The notes under the pieces were generated by a model. That model saw only the letters and a program-made list of their open reading frames with translations, made no database searches and was not told the origin of the DNA. DNA of 64,000 nucleotides from Octopus bimaculoides (Eukaryota). Positions 24,789 through 38,703 of this stretch are shown here, piece after piece; within the stretch, counting starts at the first letter, position 1; every line of letters begins with the position of its first letter. The DNA lies in the NCBI RefSeq assembly GCF_001194135.2, contig NC_069006.1:17555048-17619047 (forward strand), read 5' to 3'. Both the position numbers and the translations under genes were made by a program.

Positions 24789-25342
24789 TTAACCCTTTAG
24801 CATTTAAACTGATCCTTTGCAACCCAAATATTCTACTTGTTTTGTGTTCTAACTGCCCAAATCTAGCCTCTCACACCTAACCTACAATGTCCTACAAATG
24901 TTACAATTCCATCGCCAAAATCTTGAACATGCATAATTAATTCAGAACAATATGAATAAATTATTATATTTGACAAAGGCACAGGAATGGCTGTGTGGTA
25001 AGAAGCTTGCTTCCCAACCACATAGTTCCAGGTTCAGTCCCAATGCATGGTACCTTGGGCACGTGTCTTCTACTATAGCCTTGGGCTGGCCAAACCCTTG
25101 TGAGTGGATTTGATAAACAGAAACTGAAAGAAGCCTGTTGTGTGTATTTGTATGTCTGTGTTTGTCCTCCCACTATCACTTGACAACCGATGTTGGTGTG
25201 TTTGTGTCCCATTAACCTAATGGTTCATTAATAAGAGAATAAGTGCTAGGCTTACAAAGAATAAGTCCTGGGGTTGATTTGTCAAATGACTTAAACAAGT
25301 AGAAGAATAAAAGCATGAAGTAAAGTGAATGCTAAAGGGTAA
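24789..25342 (+). mobile_element. Family D MITE interrupted by a family A SINE (24978-25312)
   Basis: Left end TTAACCCTTTAGCATT at 24789. The right end GAATGCTAAAGGGTAA reappears at 25327, after the SINE. Confidence 0.75.
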
Positions 25343-27057
25343 AATCTTTTTGTGTGCATTGGCCAGGAACATAAATATTTAATAACAATGTCTGGCAAAC
25401 TGTTGGCTTAACAACAAATAACTTTCCAATAACAAGAAATATATCTTGGACTGTCCTTTCTTTTTCATTGAGTCAGTGGGATGTGAATTAAAGGCTATTT
25501 TCATTGGGTCGGGTAAACTGCATAGTGACTTCCTTCTTATAGCTCTTCCGTCTATTGTTATAATTAGGCTGAGACATAAATCTTACTGATTGATAATGAT
25601 GCTGAGTTAATTAATTATATGCCACCTCCTTCATCATCAACATCATCATCATTTAATGTCCAAGTTCCATACTGGCATGGGTTAGACAGTTTGTCAGGAT
25701 CAATTGGTCCAAGGACTGCATTATTATTAGAATGAGTGGTGTGGTAGTTATGTCCCTTTATGATCTGAGTTGAAATCTTAAGGATCACCTTTGTCTGGTG
25801 ATCCTGTTTCTGGGAGCTGGTAAGGTGAGACACTGGTGTTCGTTGTTGTAGAGCTGATTGTAAGGTCGTTGTTTAACCCCAGGTTAACCTTGAGCCAGCA
25901 GACCCATGATCAAAGACATTGCAAATCACAACCAGACTATCTTTTATTCAAGCATAGTACATCTGGGAATATATTGTCCAATGTGTTCTTCCATTTTAAA
26001 GTTAGTAGAATGTAATTTTTGTGAAATTTGGCTGCTACCTTTGCAGACTTGTGTAACTATTTAGACTTCGTTGATGACTCATAGATATGACCTGGAGAGA
26101 CATATCCATGTCTCCACAGGTCAGTTCTGATAAAACAGACTTATATCCAAAGAAGTTCTAGCCATGACATCCTGTTTATGTTTTACTCAGACATAATGTA
26201 CTTAGGACTACATTATCATGTGTGTATGTATGTGTGTTTGTAGATATATAATTTTTTTTACTAAGATTGTGTAGGTAGGGTGTGTTAAGATGAGGGAGAC
26301 TTGGCTATGATTTCTGGCAGGTTGAATGTTTTTCAACTAGCTTTCACCAGCCTTTCATGTTACCCCACCACCACCACCACCACCACCACCATCTCCTCTA
26401 CTTCAGAACAGCCCCAGTGTGGATTTCCTTTCATCCACATCCTCACCGGTTTTTTTTTTATTTTTTATGATTCCATGATTCCATTAGTTGTTCTAGTTCT
26501 TTTTGTTGTTGTTCCTGCTTACCTCACTCTCTAATCCTTTCCCATCAGCTGCACTGCCACCACCACCACCACTGCCGCTCCAACTCCTTTGCTTGCTTGC
26601 TTGAAGTTTCTTGTTAATGGTTCAACTTTGGTAATATTGAAGTGGTTGGCTATAGACCCACTCCACATCATGTCATAACCTTGGTAGTGATGGGGGAAAG
26701 GGGTGGGCAGGAGGGGCAGTAGGTTTCTCTTAAACTGATTATCATTGCCATGTATTTAAATCTTTGTTCTGGATTATTTCACTCCCTCTTTATGTATGTG
26801 TGTGGCTGTCCCTTTCTCTTGGCTGAGTATCACTCTCTCACCTCCCCCCCGTCTCTCTCTCTTTCTCCATTGTCTTTTTCTTTCCCCTGCCCCCTTCTTC
26901 AGTTTTGTTCCTCTCTGTCTCTCAAGCCTCTCTCTTTGCTTCCTTGCTTTCATTAATGATTCTTCCTCTCGCTGCTCCTCTTTCCTTCCAATCAAATCTG
27001 AAACATCCAAACATCTTTGCTGACTTTGTCTTCTTTCCCACTTGCCATAAATTACTA

Positions 27058-27137
<80 letters not shown>

Positions 27138-27427
27138 TACATACATATATATAGATATATATATATATATATAGATATATATCTATATATATATAAAAAT
27201 ATACACACAATACATATATATATATACATACATAAACACACACACACACACATGCACACATTCTTTAGCCATCAACTCAACCTGAAAATTACCCTCTTCT
27301 CCACCACCTCTCATTACCACCACTCCTCCTGGCCAATGCCTCCATTGATTTATTTCAAGCTCTCCCGTTCCAGTTGAATGCAAAAATTTGATTTGATTTT
27401 TCTATTTGGAGTTACTTTTTGGAATAT

Positions 27428-27478
<51 letters not shown>

Positions 27479-28262
27479 TAAGGGTGGTGGGAGGTCTATT
27501 ACTTCACTTATGAACATCATACAGTTAATTTTGGTTTCCCCCACCATTCCTGGTTTGTAGTATGTTCCAGCAACCAGTTGTTAATAATAAATTTGAACTA
27601 ATGGGGGAAGCATCTATGTAATTGGTCCCCCAGTCTTCTTGATATTGCAGCCAAATCTCCCTCAAACCAGCTTCCTGGTGGCTTTTAGAAAAAGGGACAG
27701 TGGAAAATGTAATCTTTGTTACATTGGGTTTTAATTAAAAGACATAACGATTGTGGTTAGACCACCTTGCGTCATAAGTCAGCTGGGAGCAGGTTGACCT
27801 AATAATTTAATTTTTCTCTTGGTCTCCTTTCTTCAGCTGACAGCCCTAAAACTTCTACTTTAAGCCTACCTCTGCTATGCTACTACTAAGTCATATAGAG
27901 CTTTAATGAAAACATCAAGGTTTTTGTCTCTCCACACCCCACCCCAGCGTATAAATTTCCCTGAATGATTTTTGCTGATACAGATCACCTTTTGGACTTT
28001 CGTCTGACTCTGATTTTCATTTTAAATCTTATTACATGCAGTGTCTGCTGCCGACTTACAACCGCTATGCTACCACAACACCACCACCACTACTTCCCTA
28101 ACTCATTTCACTCACGCATCAATCATTTATGATTCCAGACATTACATACCAACTTCACATTTGCTCTTATGAACAGGACTTCGAAAGATCTTTCAGTTAG
28201 GTAAAAACCAACCTTGTCTCTTTCAATGAAAGAGATTTAAAAAAAAAAAAAAGAGATTCTAA

Positions 28263-28768
28263 AAATCTACAGGCATGGCTATTTAGTTAAGAAGTTTGCT
28301 TCCCAACCACATGGTTCTTGGTTTAATCCCACTGTGTAGCCTCTTGGGCAAGTGTCTTCTGTAATCCAAGACCAATCAAAGCATTGTCAGTGGATTTGGT
28401 GAGCAGAAACTAATAGAAATTTAAGGCGACGAGCTAGCAGAAACGTTAGCACGCTGGGCGAAATGCTTAGCGGTATTTCGTCTGCTGTTATGTTCTGAGT
28501 TCAAATTATGCCGAGGTCGACTTTGCCTTTCATCCTTTCGGGGTCGATAAATTAAGTACTAGTTACACCCTGGGGTCAATGTAATCGACTTAATCCCTTT
28601 GTCTGTCCTTGTTTGTCCCCCTCTATGTTTAGCCCCTTGTAGGCAGTAAAGAAATAAGAAACTGATAGAAACTTGTTGTGTGTGTGTGTTTTGTACTCCA
28701 CCACTGCTTGACATCCGGTGTTGGTTTGTTTACATCATCATAACTTAGCAGTTTGGCAACCGAAACCA
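28263..28768 (+). mobile_element. Family A SINE with nested B1 SINE (28420-28657)
   Basis: 14-bp TSD GAAACT(A/G)ATAGAAA at 28406-28419 and 28658-28671; A sequence continues after it. Confidence 0.9.
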
Positions 28769-28895
28769 NNNNNNNNNNNNNNNNNNNNNNNNNNNNNNNN
28801 NNNNNNNNNNNNNNNNNNNNNNNNNNNNNNNNNNNNNNNNNNNNNNNNNNNNNNNNNNNNNNNNNNNNNNNNNNNNNNNNNNNNNNNNNNNNNNN

Positions 28896-29240
28896 AACCA
28901 CACTGCTACCACCACACCTTAATCATACCACTATCACCATGCATTAACTACCCTACCACCACTGCTACTACCAGTACCCCTCAATCCCAGTATTACTGTT
29001 ATTACCACCATCACCATCCTACCACACTACAATTTTGACTACACTATCACTACTACTTCCAACACCATACGGCCAGTTATCTTTATTACTACCTTCTCTA
29101 CCACTCTACCCTTCAACCACCTGCACCTTCACTACATAATCACTACTGCACCACCACCACCACCACCAGTACCAACAATTGTCTATAAAGATTTCTATGA
29201 CACATCCTCTGCACCGCTGTGCCACTGCCATTTGAACTCC
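28896..29240. repeat. (CAC/TAC)-rich low-complexity tract
   Basis: Degenerate trinucleotide repeats. Confidence 0.85.
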
Positions 29241-29927
29241 TTAATTTGTTGTTAAAAACCACAGACAGTTGGAATGGTTATTGCCAGCCAGCCATTATCA
29301 CCATAGTTTTTAGATGTTGCCAGACAGCATTGCACTGTTTCCATGCTTTCTCCAAATATTGTTCTATTTGCCATCACTAGTTTTTCTCTCTCTGAAGGAA
29401 ATACCTTCTCAGTCTTGTGGGATTTAAAGATGGAATTTATATTCTGTTTGTTCTTCACTGAAAGCATTCTAATCAATTCTTTATGCTTGGGGAATATGTT
29501 TTATCAAGTTCCCTTGTTAATATTACACGATTTCTTCTTGTTTGTTTCTGTTTCNNNNNNNNNNTATTATTACCATTTTACCCATATATAAAAGCATCTT
29601 CTAGGTATGTAGGTAGGTAGGAAGATAGGTAGGTATACTACTTACTGTGTAACTTGCTGTGGAATTTGAAATGAATGTTTCATGTAATTGTTACAGACAC
29701 ACAGTATGCACATATATATGCATACATATATACATATACACTTATGCATGCGTATATGCTATTGGAATGGTTATTGCTAGCCGGCCATTATCATCATAGC
29801 TATTAGATATTAAGAGGACATGACAAACCTCTCTGGTAACCATAGTAAAATGTACCCGATATATGTTGTAAAATGGTTGGTGGTAGGATGGGCATTGAGC
29901 CAAGGGAAATAGTTCTCTGACCCTTCT

Positions 29928-29964
<37 letters not shown>

Positions 29965-30247
29965 ATGCATGCACACTTATGTATGTATATATGTGTAAAA
30001 ACAAACCATGATCATCAAGTTTTTTTTTTATATTCAAATGTAGTATATCTAGGTCTTTAGTAACCAATGTAACCTTCTCTCTTTTTAAAGCTGTAGAGAC
30101 GTAATTGTAAGGAAAACTTGGCTTAGTCCCAGTCTTTGTATACACTATAAATATTTTAATCATTCCAGGGATAGAAACTGAGTATCTTTTCTCAGTTTAA
30201 GAAAACTAGAAACTTAATGGAATTGATCTCTGTTTTTCTGTCCACAG

Positions 30248-30409
30248 AGTAATAAAAATGTCGAAGCTCTCCCACCATCATTGTTGGCTGATGGATATTT
30301 CTTTTGTGCTGTGAATGAAAGAAATTTTGAGATTGATTGTGGCAAGACTAGCTTTAGAAAACTTCCAGGAGACCTAAATGTAAACTTTATGGGAATAACC
30401 TCCACCTAG
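30248..30409 (+). other. Candidate coding exon or terminal exon, 53 open codons
   Basis: Acceptor ctctgtttttctgtccacag| followed by SNKNVEALPPSLLADGYFFCAVNERNFEIDCGKTSFRKLPGDLNVNFMGITST*. No homolog recognised. Confidence 0.3.
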
Positions 30410-31364
30410 TTTATTGTGGCTGTAACAGATGTGAAAGGAGCAACTGTAACATAGGAAAGTCTATGCCTTGCTAAGGAGGTGTTCATAAGACAAAAAACCT
30501 GTTTGGGGGATGTCACTGTGTTTGCTGAAGATCAGGTTAATCCCCCCCCCCTCCATCTTCAACTGCAAGCCAATTTCCTTACCCATACACTCACATGCAG
30601 CACTTTGGGCAAGTGTCTTGTACTACAAGCTCTGGGCCAACCAAAGCCTTGTGAAGTAACTGACTTCATCTAATGAACCCTCTGTTCTGAAATCTCTGTC
30701 TCCTTTTACTATGCTACTGTTACCACTCCCATCATCACTACTTCTCATTTTTACCTANNNNNNNNNNNNNNNNNNNNNNNNNNNNNNNNNNNNNNNNNNN
30801 NNNNNNNNNNNNNNNNNNNNNNNNNNNNNNNNNNNNNNNNNNNNNNNNNNNNNNNNNNNNNNNNNNNNNNNNNNNNNNNNNNNNNNNNNNNNNNNNNNNN
30901 NNNNNNNNNNNNNNNNNNNNNNNNNNNNNNNNNNNNNNNNNNNNNNNNNNNNNNNNNNNNNNNNNNNNNNNNNNNNNNNNNNNNNNNNNNNNNNNNNNNN
31001 NNNNNNNNNNNNNNNNNNNNNNNNNNNNNNNNNNNNNNNACACACACACACACACACACACACAGAGCTGTGTATTAAGAAGTTTGTTTCTCAGCCACAT
31101 AGTTGTTCCTGGTTCAGTCTCACTGTGTGGCAACTTGAGCAAGTGTCTTGTACTATAGCCTTGGGCCGACCAACCCCTCTGCTTGACAACTGGTTCTGGA
31201 TTGTTTACATCCTTTTAACTTATTCTGTCAGTCTCTTTTGCTGAATTGCTAAGTACCAGACCTGAAAAAAATATGTACTGAGGTTGATTTCATTAAACCC
31301 TTCAGGGCAGTGTCCCAGCATCACTACAGTCCAACTACTAAGACAAGTAAAAGATAGAAGTGTG

Positions 31365-31414
<50 letters not shown>

Positions 31415-32130
31415 CGCGCGCGCGTATGTTTGTTTAATTCTGAAAGTAAATACTCCAGTCACATGTAAACTTCCTCTGTGCTGAATTTCTTGGGAGTTCA
31501 TGATATCTATAAAGATTTCGAAACAGATCTGGGGAACTTGTTGCAAGGACTCAGAAGTGTTCTTTTAATCTTTTGTATTTACTTATCTTGCCACCCAACC
31601 CCTCATTCACAGCTCCTTGCAGCTCTTTAAGTAGGGAAAACAACCCTGAAAAGGTTTTCTCATAAAAGTAAATTTTGGCTGGAGAAGCCAGCCATTATCT
31701 TCTTCATCATTTCAGCATCTGTTTTTCTTCTTGTTTACATCTCTTGGATGACATGTTGGCATAACAGCCTCATTCCATTTAATCCTTGGCCATTTTTGTG
31801 TGTCAGCCAAGTTCCTTTAGATCTGCATTCTCCAGCTTACCAACCCCACCACATACCTATTCCATGGGTTCTCTGTCTCTCTCTCTTCTATCCATAGACA
31901 TCTTTTTCTTTTCTCTAATTCTTCTTCCTGCTTTTTTTTAGTTTCTTCACCTCTACTTTTGTCATTTATGTTCTCTGCATATTTATACTTCCCTTTATAA
32001 CATTGAATCCCCCCAACCATCCACACACACTTTACTCTCTCTCTGTCTTTCACAGACAGTTTCCAGCCTCTCAAGTTTCTGTTACACAGCCATTGTGCCA
32101 TGTCTTATCTATTATAATTCCAAGCTGAAG

Positions 32131-32165
<35 letters not shown>

Positions 32166-32516
32166 NNNNNNNNNNNNNNNNNNNNNNNNNNNNNNNNNNN
32201 NNNNNNNNNNATACATACATACATACATACATACATACATACACACACACACTTCAGCTTGTGTGTGTGCGTGCGCTTACTCCCCAGTCTTGCCATTTGT
32301 TTTTCGTTATTTGCTGTTATTACCACTAAATTTTCATGAACAGATCTCCTTACCTACATTTGGCCCCCATCCATGATACTCTCTGTCAATAGCAACAAGT
32401 CCTCAAATTTAGCAGTACAGTGACTGGTATTTTATTTTATTACCCCACAACCGAGGAATGAAAATTAAATTGATTTCAGATTTGATCTTGGAACATAGAA
32501 CATAACCAAATGAGCA

Positions 32517-32980
32517 CAGGGGCGGGGCTGTGTGGTTAAAAAGCTTGCTTCCCAACCATGTGGTCTTGAGTTCAGTTCCACTACATGACACTTTGGACAA
32601 GTATCTCTTACTAAATAAATCCTTGGACCAACGAAAACCTTGTGAGTGGATTTGGTAAATGGAAGCTGAAAGAAGCCCAGTGTGTGTGTATGTGTGTTTT
32701 TGGTTGTTTGGAAGGGCATCCAGCTGTAGAAATTCTGCCAAATCAGATTGGAGCCTGGTGTAGCCATCTGGTTTCACCAGTCCTCAGTCAAATCGTCCAA
32801 CCCATACTAGCATGGAAAGCGTACGTTAAATGACGATGATGATGATGATGATGTTTGTCTCCTTGCTACTGTTCTTTAAAAAATAAGTAGTGGGGTTGAT
32901 TTGTTTCATTAAACCCTTCAAGGCAGTGTCCTAACATAGTTGCAGTCTAATAACTGAAACAAGTAAAAGATAGAAGATAA
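32517..32980 (+). mobile_element. Family A SINE interrupted by a family C 3' end (32705-32852)
   Basis: A head at 32517-32700, then a C block ending in (GAT)n, then an A tail at 32880-32980. Confidence 0.8.
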
Positions 32981-33394
32981 ATACTGCAAGACATGCATTC
33001 ATGTATGTCTTTAACGATTCTGCCACTTTGCAGCTCAGTTCCAGTCTGTGACTTCCATTCTTTCTCTCTACCTTTTCTTTTTGTTTATTTCTTAATTCTT
33101 TCACCTTGGTCAGTCCATGGTCAGTATTTTGAATTATTTTACCACTGTTTCACTACTATGTTCTTGACCAAGTAACTTGTTGAAGGGCAGTGTTGTTTTG
33201 TTAACTGGCAGTGCACTATAAGGCATGGAGAGGGTAGTGGAAAGATACTCCGCCAGTGTTTGGGTTAGGGTCACCCATCATTGTGGGTTGACCCACAACC
33301 ATTACATCTGAATATTGGTATGTCTGTCTATCTGTGCCACATAATAATTTTGAAATTTCCAAACAGAATGAAGTTCATTAGTTAGATAGTTCAC

Positions 33395-33665
33395 ATTATT
33401 TTGTAAGGAACATAGGGCTGTAACAATTTCATGCCAGTGGATACGATCTTAGGCTACTTCCTTGATTTCAGACCAAGAGAGACTGGTTCCTTTTACTTCT
33501 GGTTATCAGTCTAACACTTGTCTTGCAATTGCTGCTTGGAGGTTTCCTTAGAATGTGGCTGATCCAACCCCATTTCCTTTTCAGAATTTCTTGATTGATG
33601 GCAATTTGTTTCTTTCTATCCCACTGGCTTCTGCTTTGAAATTTTGTCCAGCCACCAGATCTTGA
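33395..33665 (-). pseudogene. Decayed RTE-clade LINE ORF2 C-terminus
   Basis: Minus strand encodes QIAINQEILKRKWGWISHILRKPPSS and A*DRIHWHEIVTALCS. These match the RTE-type C-terminal pattern (RKWxWIGHTLRK...AQDRxxW...ALCS). Stops and frameshifts are present. Confidence 0.8.
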
Positions 33666-33869
33666 GGTAGATAGATAAACAAGCATATAAATAAATACAT
33701 TAACAAATACATAGACTGATAGACTTCACCTAGTGAATTCAAAGACAATGATGCAGAAGAAAAGACCATTCAGCAGTCATCCATGAACAATATTACTGTT
33801 TCTTGAACATTATGCAAAGGATAGCATTTTAGTTAACGTTAAAGTACAGTCTAATAATATTAAATCCTA

Positions 33870-34680
33870 CTGAGATTAATCTACTTTGCCTTTCATCCTT
33901 TAAGAATCCATAAGATTAAGTACCAGGTAGCTAATGAGGTTAATTTAATCGATTAACCCTTTCTTTCATATTTGCAGCCTTTTGTTTACATTAGTAACTA
34001 TTATCATTATTGAGATGACGAGCTGCTAGAATTCTGAGAGCATCAGACAAAATGCTTAGCAGTAGTTTTTCTCGTTCTTTACATTCTGAGTTCAAATCCT
34101 GCCAAAGTCAGCTTTGCCTTTTATCCTTTTGGTGGGGTCAATAAAATACAGTACCAATCAAGTAGTGGGTTGTTGTAATTGACTAAGCCCCTCCCCTCAA
34201 AGCTACTGGCTTTATGCCTAAACCAGAAAACATTGATAAACTCCTTCTAGAGTCACTGACTCATAGGGCTGGGTTTTTTTTTGGTGTCTATCGCTCTATA
34301 TACTCCCCACTTGACAGAATACTAGTGTGTCACAACAACACTTATTTTGGCCAGTTGAGTGAACTGGAACAATGTGGAATGGAGTGGTTCACTTACGAAC
34401 GAACACAACACATCGCCCGGTCCAGGAATCGAAACCACAATTTTATGACCATAAGTCCAACACTCTAAACCACTGAGTCAAACAAATAAAAAATGCCTTG
34501 TGGTATTCAATTCCAACCCTTTATGTTCTGAGTTAATACTCTTTCGAAGGTTGACTTTACCCTTCGTCTTTCCGGGGTAAATAAAACAAACACCAGTCAA
34601 GTAATGATGGTGGCAGTGCGGGATGGAGGTAGATTTAATTTGCTGTTTCTTCCTCACACAATTTCAAGTCTTGTGCCTCT
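33870..34680. mobile_element. Cluster of three diverged B SINE fragments (plus) and one family H SINE head (minus, 34340-34478)
   Basis: Repeated CTTTGCCTTT(C/T)ATCCTTT-type blocks; the H head is homologous to 38358-38580. Confidence 0.7.
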
Positions 34681-35680
34681 CCAACAAATAATTTTCAATG
34701 TATATATTTTTTTTTTTATTTCAAAAATATTTTCCTGATTCATAATGCTGCATTTTTCTTAAGGCAATTTTGTTTGCAAATCATTTAACGTTTGTTTTTA
34801 CTGTTTTTATTTTCTTTAAGAAAGTGTTCACATATCTCGTTTCTTGTTTGCATCTGTATTGAATTATTTCTGTGTAACTAAAACCACAAGCTGTTTTCTT
34901 AAGTTCATTTGTACCATGAATTTGTTGCATTCGTTTTTGTTTATTGGGAGGTTTTTTTTCCTGTTTTTTTTTTTTTGGTTTTTTTTTTTCACTCTACTGG
35001 ATGAAGCTTATATATATATATATATTTTTTTGTTTTCTGTTTTCTTGTTAATAAGATGCTTTGAATCGTTTTGTTTTGTTTTTAGTTTAGTTAGAGGAAT
35101 GGAATCAAAGTTCACTTTATTTAACTTACACTTGTTTTCCTACTTAATAGAAATGTCTGCAGTTTGTACTGTAAACTCTGCTTACATCAACCGACAAGCT
35201 CTCAAGTTCTTTGTGTACACACACACACACACACACATATCTATGTAGTTGCTTTTCTTCTCTTTATACATTATTCTTATTGTCAGTCTATTTATTGTCC
35301 ACACTAGACTGCGCCTGTATTCATGAAGATCTTTACAATTCTGAAATAGTAACACTTTAAACTAATTTTCTCTTTTTGAAGCTTTTAAGTATTGAACAAA
35401 ATAAAAAAAAAAAAAAAAATAATAAGAAAAAACCAGGAGCTATTTACAGCTTTATTGCTTTAAATTTCTCTTGTTATAATTTACGTAATAAACATTAAAC
35501 ATTTATTGGCATTTTAACTTTCGTTAACGTATTAAATGCATGGCTGAACTTGAAATATAAATTTTAATCTATTAACTAGCTTACTTTATTAAGAAAGATT
35601 AAATATTTTTGTTATTCTTCTTTTTATGTGTCTGAACGAAGAAAGGGAAATATCTTATTTCGCGCGCACGCACACGCATG

Positions 35681-35711
<31 letters not shown>

Positions 35712-37315
35712 GTGTGTGTGTATGTATGTATATATAGATATATATACTAAAAAGTAAACTATATTGACTCATTCAAAAATGGTTGCTTTTATATAGAAGA
35801 AAAGTCAATTTTGACCTGGATCCTTCATTGGAGAAATATATAAAATGTTTAGTGATGATGCTAACTGCATATAAATTGGAAGTGCTGAAGCCATCACCTC
35901 TACAGATTCTGCAGTTTATTTTATTATATAAGTTAATGGTGCCAAAATATCTTCGGCTGTTGTCTCTGTAGTTTCATAAAAACCAATGTCCGGGTACCTC
36001 CTGAGTCCCAGCTTGTTTTAGGGCAGTGTATTGCATGGGCAACATTTAAGAGAGTGACAACCAACTCATCTGCCCAAGTTATTCAAAATCATATTACTAT
36101 ATAGAAATGGCGAGGGTATGTTACTCCATGTCATCTGTCAATCAGTAGAAATCTGCAAGCTAATTTTTAAAAATTAATGACCTGTCTGCCAGTACAGTAG
36201 TTTCTTAGTCTAATCACCATTGCTGCTGCTACTGCTACTACTACTACAACCAGCCATCATATGTATTGTGCCACACCTTTGCATGAATGAATGGAACTGA
36301 CTTCCTTTCCTTAACATCAGCTTGTCACTTCCCCATTTCCCCAAGAGAGGTGGAGTTGTGTTGCCTCTTTAAGAAACACTAATTTAAACCCCCACCACCC
36401 CATCTCCCCTTCAACAGAAAACTAATTAGAGTGGTGTTTTCCTTACCCAGCCTCTTTTCTATATATTTGTACACTGAATGAATTAGATTTTATTTATTGA
36501 ATAAACACACACTAACCAACTCTTGTTGTTAAAACTGGGATCATTTCAGTAAGTTACACATCTGCCAACATAAACATTCTTGACTAAATAATGAAGTAGA
36601 CACACATTGGTTCTGGGGCTTAATGTATTGGACTTGTGATCATCACATGGTTGTGCATTCAAATCTTTCTATATATTGTAGCCATGAGCAAAGGCACATG
36701 AACTCTGCTTGCTCCACTTTAAACTGAATGACATATAAAACAGGCTCCACTCCCTACTTCATAGTTCAGTGGTTAGTTAGGAGAAAGAGCATCCAGCTGG
36801 AAAAAGAAATTTTTTATTTTCATTTTGTTTTTTGTGCACCAATAAAGCTTCTTCCCCCACTCTACTATATATAAAATTTTAGAGGGTGAAGGTATAAATC
36901 CCCAAATACTTTTCAAGCAGGGCATGCCCAGTTTATTCAACAGTAACTTAACACTCTGGATTGCAAGAATGAAGACATTTCATTGATTTACTGCTAGTCA
37001 ATTATTTTTCCTGTTTATAGTTGTGCATTAACTCTGATCCAGCTCACAACTGATCAAAGACATTCTAAACTTGACTATCCTGTCTTATTTGGGGTACACA
37101 AGACAACATTGTCTAATATGTTTTTATTTTTCTTTTCTTTCTTTTTTTTTTTTTAAGAATTTTAGGATGTACTTTGAAGATTCAGTTGCTATTTTTAACA
37201 GGTTCCCTCATTGGTACACTAGCAAAGTGTAGAAGTCTGTAGTTTGGGGGACAAAAGAAGGTTTTTAACCCTTTTGAGACAAAACTTACTGATGTTTCTG
37301 TATGTTTGTCATATA

Positions 37316-37710
37316 GGCGCAGGGGTGGCTGTGTGGTAAGTAGTTTGTTTACCAACCACATGGTTCCGGGTTCATTCCCACTGCATGGCACCTTGGGCAA
37401 GTGTCTTCTACTATAGCCTCGGGCCGACCAAAGCCTTGTGAGTGGATTTGGTAGATGGAAACTGAAAGAAGCCCATCATATATATGTATATACATGTATA
37501 TGTGTGTGTTTGTGTGTCTGTGTTTTTGCCCCCACCATCGCTTGACACCCAATGGTGGTGTGTTTACGTCCATGTAACTTAGCGGTTCAGCAAAAGAGAC
37601 TGATAGAATAAGTACTAGGCTTACAAAGAATAAGTCCTGGGGTCGATTTGCTCGACTAAAGGTGGTGCTCCAGCATGACCACAGTCAAATGACTGAAACA
37701 AGTAAAAGAG
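37316..37710 (+). mobile_element. Family A SINE, full length, young
   Basis: GGCGCAGGGGTGGCTGTGTGGTAAGTAG...GACTGAAACAAGTAAAAGAG; near-identical to the reverse complement of 6384-6789. Confidence 0.92.
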
Positions 37711-38357
37711 CTATGAGCAGTGAATGTGGTTGTTGTTGCTTTTGTCAACTAATCATCTACTTGCTTCATACCTTTAAAGATGTATGAAACAAGCCATCTC
37801 CTATTTGAAAAACAGGTGGGAGTAGTGGCAGGATGTGCATCCAACTGGAAGACAATATCTCAACAGTATACTCCCCTAATTCATGCTTTCGTAGAAAAAT
37901 GGACATAAAAATGAACAAATTGGTTTTTGTTTATGTTATTCAAGTACATGACACTGACTACCTCGAGTTATTTCTCTTAACTCATTTTTGTTTAAATTAT
38001 ACAAATTACCTAGGCCATAAGCAGTTTTCTACTCAATTTTGTATAACTCTACCTCCTTTGGCTGATGGAGATATGGTTGAACCAGAACCACATGTCCATG
38101 ATTGTCTTTGTATCTCCAAACAATAACCCTGTCCCTTTCAGTTTTGGAGAATTCTTGAATTTTGAGATTATCTCCATTTCTCAAGTGGAACTGATCATTA
38201 TTGACATTTGTAATTATGATACATTCTCTAGAGGTGGAGATAATTTTAATTATCAAGAATTTTTGGTGTATGCTATCTAATGTAGTAGGAATTTGTTATT
38301 CAAGTACATGCCACTGGCCACTTCGAGTTAACTTCTCTCAACCCATTTGTGTGTGCT

Positions 38358-38580
38358 TGTGTATGGTTTAGTGGTTAGGGTGTTCGATTCACAAGTGTAA
38401 AATTATGGTTTCAATTCGGGGACCAGGCAATGCATTGTGTTCTTGAGCAAAACGCTTCATTTCACGTTGCTCCAGCCCACTCAGCTAGCAAAAATGAGTA
38501 ATCCTGTGATGGACCAGCATTCCATATATCTCACAGAAAGCGGGAAGCTGGCCCTATGAATCTATAAGACATGGGAAGGA
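38358..38580 (+). mobile_element. Family H tRNA-derived SINE
   Basis: A-box-like TGGTTTAGTGG, B-box-like GGTTTCAATTC, then TGTGTTCTTGAGCAAAACGCTTC (CORE-like). Confidence 0.7.
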
Positions 38581-38664
38581 TCTTTATCCTAATTAAAAAT
38601 ATATATATAAATATCAACACACACATTTTCTGATGAAGACAAACCCACATACATTCAGACACGC

Positions 38665-38703
<39 letters not shown>

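Noticed and set aside
34680-35560. U/A-rich stretch with AATAAA-like signals resembling a 3' UTR end
   Set aside because: The composition is common in this AT-rich genome and cannot be supported without transcript data.
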